A DNA stretch of 64,000 nucleotides. Origin: Acidilobaceae archaeon (GTDB lineage: Archaea; Thermoproteota; Thermoprotei_A; Sulfolobales; Acidilobaceae). Below, one piece after another: positions 60,675 through 64,000 of this stretch; positions within the stretch are counted from its first letter, which is position 1, and each line of letters opens with the position of its first letter. The stretch spans positions 1,403-65,402 of the forward strand of contig JAOAKH010000007.1 in the NCBI GenBank assembly GCA_026413755.1, written 5' to 3'. A model generated the notes under the pieces. That model worked only from the letters and a program-made list of their open reading frames with translations. It did not search any database and was not told where the DNA came from. A program made the position numbers and the translations under genes.

Positions 60675-61851
60675 GATCCCTTAGCCTGCCTCCCAGGGTT
60701 CTTCCCGGCCTCTCCTCTAGCAGTCCCTTAGGCCGGAGGTACAGCATCAGCAGAATTATCACGCCGACAAATATGTTGGGCGCCACTGCCCTGAGCACGT
60801 CCACCGCCGCTCCCTCAGGCCCGATGCCCACTGACCTTAGCAGATCGAAGAGCTCCGGAAGGGAGAACTCCAGCACCTTCCTCCCTACATAGATCACCAC
60901 TGCGCCGAGCACAACGCCGAGGTTATTTGCCATCCCCCCTACTATCATCATAGCCCAGGGTATGAAGGTCCAGGTGAGCCTCGTGTAGTCAGTAGCCTTT
61001 ATCACCGGCTGGAAGCTCATTGCATATACCACCCCTGCCAGCGCTGTAATGGCTCCCCCTAGCATCATAACCCTCAGCCTCATGGCAGGTATGTCCCTGC
61101 CGTATGTAGATAGAGCGAACTCGTCGTCCCTCATGGCCCTTAGCGCCCTGCCCATGGGGCTGTTTGCTATCCTCTCAGCGTATAGGTACGTCACGAGCGC
61201 CAGCGCTATGGCAAGCAGCAACCCTATCTTCAACTCCGGCTTGACTGCTGGGGGCAGGGCTGCTGCAATGCTGGAGAGCTCGGAGGGCCATACGTTCGGG
61301 GCATATACGGCGTACCTGCCGCCTGCCACAGAGTCCGTCTGGGCGAAGAAGACCTGGACCATCATCTCGCTGAAAGCCAGCAGGGCAATGGCGAGGTAGT
61401 CCTCCTTCAGCCTCACGGCCGCATAGCTGGAGATCACTCCCACGAATACTCCCAGGACTGTAGCTACCAGGAAGGTGAAGAGTAGCACCGCCACAGCCAC
61501 CAGCGCCTTCTGGCTGAGCACTGCGCTCAGCTCAGGTATAAGGGACCTGTTTATGGTGGGCTCCATGCTCTTGAAGAGGGCTATCTCCACGAGAGACATG
61601 TCGCCCACGTATGGCTTGTAGGCGGGCTTGCCCAACAGGGCCTCGAGGGCTGCAGGCTCGAGGGCCGCCAGTAGCAACAGCGCAAACCTAACGCTTAGGG
61701 CCCCCACTACAAAGGCGCCCGTGTAGACAAATATTGCCATGCCGAAGTTGGGTATCCCAGCATAGCCGGCCATGAGGTTTAGGGCTAGCACTACTGTCAC
61801 AAAGGTTATCACGTTGCCTATCTCTATGAGCAGGGCAGAGAGCTCAACCAC
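60652..61851 (-). CDS. livM: branched-chain amino acid ABC transporter permease (LivM-like)
   Basis: Polytopic permease in an operon upstream of nothing further and downstream of the LivH/LivF/LivG-like genes. Converges on aconitase with a 23-nt overlap. Confidence 0.85.
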   Translation of the reverse strand: MVELSALLIEIGNVITFVTVVLALNLMAGYAGIPNFGMAIFVYTGAFVVGALSVRFALLLLAALEPAALEALLGKPAYKPYVGDMSLVEIALFKSMEPTINRSLIPELSAVLSQKALVAVAVLLFTFLVATVLGVFVGVISSYAAVRLKEDYLAIALLAFSEMMVQVFFAQTDSVAGGRYAVYAPNVWPSELSSIAAALPPAVKPELKIGLLLAIALALVTYLYAERIANSPMGRALRAMRDDEFALSTYGRDIPAMRLRVMMLGGAITALAGVVYAMSFQPVIKATDYTRLTWTFIPWAMMIVGGMANNLGVVLGAVVIYVGRKVLEFSLPELFDLLRSVGIGPEGAAVDVLRAVAPNIFVGVIILLMLYLRPKGLLEERPGRTLGGRLRDLMEKFSR

Positions 61852-62830
61852 GCCTGATCCCCCTCCACTTTATGCCTGCGAGGCCCTCCGGCGCCACCAG
61901 CAGGACCAATATGAGCAGGAGGAAGCTGAACATCCTTTGATACCTCAGGATGTCTACGTAGCTGCCCGTGAGGAGCTGGTACAAGTCGCTTAACATTACG
62001 GGCACTATTGCCTCCATGCTGCCCACGAGGAAGCCTCCTGCCAGTGCCCCATATATGCTGTTAATGCCTCCAACTATGCTGCCCGCAAATATGCTAACGA
62101 TGTAAAGGTATGCAGCTGCTGGGCTTATGCCAGGCATCTCGAAGGCAAGCAAGCTACCAGCCATGCCCGCAGTGGCGCCAGAGAGGAACCAGGAAACCAC
62201 GTAGATCCGCTCGATGTCTATCCCTATGATCTTGGCCAGCTGCGGGTTCTCGATGGAGGCCCTCATCGATATGCCGAAGGGCGTCCTGGTGAGGAACAGG
62301 TGTAGCCCCACGGCCACGAGCAGCGCTATTAGGGGGAGGAGGAGCCTGTGCGGGTAGATGTAGCCCACTAGAGGGACATATATGGCGACGAGGTATCCCT
62401 TCACGTTAGCTTCTAGGAGCCTCCCCACTGTCTGCGCAGGGGTGAGCTGGAGGACCACGGTGAGGAGGTTATTGAGTATTATGTCGAAGGCGAGCGTGGC
62501 TATCATGAGCCCTATGAGGCTCGTGCCCTTCCGAATGAGGGGCCTTATGGCTACGAGGTACATTATGACGGCGAGAGCGCCGACCACGAGCGCAGCGACT
62601 ATGGGGGCAACAATGAAGAGGCCGTAGTAGAGAGGGCTGTCGCGGAAGCCTGCGAAGATCCTGTCTAGCAATATCAGCGTCGTCACTGCGCCCGTTATCG
62701 CCATTGTGGCGTGCGCGAAGTTAGAGACCCTAGTCGTCATATATGTCAGGGTAACCCCCATGCTGAGGAGGGCGAGGGCAGCGCCGGCAGCTGCGCTTGA
62801 GAGCAGGAACTCAAAGCTAGGCAGAACCAC
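61844..62830 (-). CDS. livH: branched-chain amino acid ABC transporter permease (LivH-like)
   Basis: TLTYMTTRVSNFAHATMAITGA is typical of LivH-type permeases. 8-nt overlap with livM. Confidence 0.85.
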   Translation of the reverse strand: MVLPSFEFLLSSAAAGAALALLSMGVTLTYMTTRVSNFAHATMAITGAVTTLILLDRIFAGFRDSPLYYGLFIVAPIVAALVVGALAVIMYLVAIRPLIRKGTSLIGLMIATLAFDIILNNLLTVVLQLTPAQTVGRLLEANVKGYLVAIYVPLVGYIYPHRLLLPLIALLVAVGLHLFLTRTPFGISMRASIENPQLAKIIGIDIERIYVVSWFLSGATAGMAGSLLAFEMPGISPAAAYLYIVSIFAGSIVGGINSIYGALAGGFLVGSMEAIVPVMLSDLYQLLTGSYVDILRYQRMFSFLLLILVLLVAPEGLAGIKWRGIRRG

Positions 62831-62831
62831 T

Positions 62832-63548
62832 TCACTTCACCCCCAGGTACTTCCTCCCGAGCGCCTCGTCGCTGAGCAGTGCCTGCGCCTTGCCCACAAA
62901 CTCGCTCCTCCCGCTCACGAGCAGCATCGCGTCGTCGCTGATCTCCAGGGCTGCCTTCACGTTCTGCTCTACGAGCAGCACCGTCTTCTTCAGCTCGTCC
63001 CTCATGGCCGCGATCTTCTTCAGCAAGTCCTTCGCTAGTATGGGCGCTAGGCCTGAGGTGGGCTCGTCGAGCATTATGACGTCCGGATCCCTCATGAGGG
63101 TCATGCTTATGGCCAGCATTTGCCTCTCGCCTCCGCTCAGGCTCCTCGCCTTTTGTCCTGTTCTCCTCTTCAGGACTGGGTAGTAGGTGAACACAGTCTC
63201 CATTCTGTCCCTGGCCACGCTCTCTGGCAGACCGTACGCGGCCATGAGAAGGTTCTCAATGACGGTGAGGCCGGGGAATATGTTGTCAGTCTGTGCCATG
63301 TAGCCTATGCCGAGCCTTGCCTTTTGGTGAGGGGGAAGGTGGGTTATGTCCTGGCCCTTCAGGAGCACGCGCCCAGAGAAGACAGTCGCGATCCCCATTA
63401 TGCCGTTCAGCAAGGTGGTCTTACCGCCGCCGTTGGGGCCTACTATCGTGAATATGCTCCTCTCCTTCACCTCAAAGCTCACGTCAAAAACTATGTGGAA
63501 CTTCCCGTAGCCTACGTTCAGGGACTCTACCTTTAACACCTTAATCAC
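62832..63548 (-). CDS. livF: branched-chain amino acid ABC transporter ATP-binding protein (LivF-like)
   Basis: Walker A GPNGGGKTT, signature LSGGERQMLAI and Walker B VIMLDEPT. Confidence 0.9.
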   Translation of the reverse strand: MIKVLKVESLNVGYGKFHIVFDVSFEVKERSIFTIVGPNGGGKTTLLNGIMGIATVFSGRVLLKGQDITHLPPHQKARLGIGYMAQTDNIFPGLTVIENLLMAAYGLPESVARDRMETVFTYYPVLKRRTGQKARSLSGGERQMLAISMTLMRDPDVIMLDEPTSGLAPILAKDLLKKIAAMRDELKKTVLLVEQNVKAALEISDDAMLLVSGRSEFVGKAQALLSDEALGRKYLGVK

Positions 63549-64000
63549 CGATGTAAATCTCGACGAGCTTTGGGTTAGTCATTACTTCCTGAGGAGTGCC
63601 CTTGGCCACAATGCTTCCTAGGTGGAGGGCGTACGCATAGTCTGCGTACTGAGCAGCTATGTCCAGCCTGTGCTCTACGACGAGGAAGGTTATGCCGAGC
63701 TCTATGCTCATCTTCCTCACCAGCGCCAAGATCTCGTGAGCCAGAGAGGGGAGCACGCCGGCAATAGGCTCGTCCAGCAGTATCAGCTTTGGCCTCAAGG
63801 ACATGGTGCTCCTGGCCATCTCTAGCAGCTTCAGCTGCCCTCCGCTCAGCTCGCTTGTCTTCTTCTCAGCTACCTCCAGCAGCCCGAGGAACTTGAGCTT
63901 TGCCAGCGCGTCCTCAGTGGCCTTCAGCTCGTGGCCCTCCCAGAGGCCCCTGAAGATCCCGGACACCATTCCCTCGCCCGGGTTGCCGTCTCTGCCTATG
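63541..64000 (-). CDS. livG: branched-chain amino acid ABC transporter ATP-binding protein (LivG-like), C-terminal part only
   Basis: LSGGQLKLLEMAR, LILLDEPIAGV and VVEHRLD. The frame stays open upstream of the M at 63969 to the window edge, so the Walker A lies outside the window. Confidence 0.85.
   Translation of the reverse strand, partial: IGRDGNPGEGMVSGIFRGLWEGHELKATEDALAKLKFLGLLEVAEKKTSELSGGQLKLLEMARSTMSLRPKLILLDEPIAGVLPSLAHEILALVRKMSIELGITFLVVEHRLDIAAQYADYAYALHLGSIVAKGTPQEVMTNPKLVEIYIGD

Overview
This window looks like a GC-rich (roughly 58-60% by eye) chromosomal segment from a hyperthermophilic archaeon, probably a crenarchaeote of the Desulfurococcales or Acidilobales type. The supporting signs are an archaeal SRP (7S) RNA, an intron-containing tRNA, pilins with class III signal peptides, TATA-box promoters with short or no leaders, and many 4-nt start/stop overlaps. 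I cannot name the species. Gene density is high, and most long antisense ORFs in the track are GC-driven artefacts.

Main content:
- MoxR AAA+/VWA pair.
- NAPRTase, ROK glucokinase and a penicillin-acylase-family Ntn hydrolase.
- A type IV pilus-like surface-filament locus: four pilin paralogues (two forming an inverted duplication), a FlaI-like ATPase, a FlaJ/TadC-like platform protein and a 1013-aa anchored surface protein.
- An SRP RNA that the ORF track covers only with spurious ORFs.
- A membrane-anchored winged-helix protein.
- A GlmS-like protein that lacks the catalytic Cys1.
- Two MFS transporters, an S9 peptidase and UppP.
- tRNA-Ala, tRNA-Glu and an intron-containing tRNA-Cys.
- A MacB/FtsX-type ABC exporter followed by a decayed second permease.
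- A TAXI-TRAP transporter.
- An orphan NurA-like nuclease.
- A BMP-type (nucleoside-like) ABC importer next to an HTH-phosphoribosyltransferase regulator.
- Class II LysRS, aconitase and part of a LIV-type ABC operon.

I saw no rRNA, CRISPR array, transposase or integrase. The best candidate for a poorly described system is the surface-filament/adhesion neighbourhood at about 8.8-22.8 kb.

All functional calls come from motif and family recognition by eye. No database search was run, and start codons are often uncertain.
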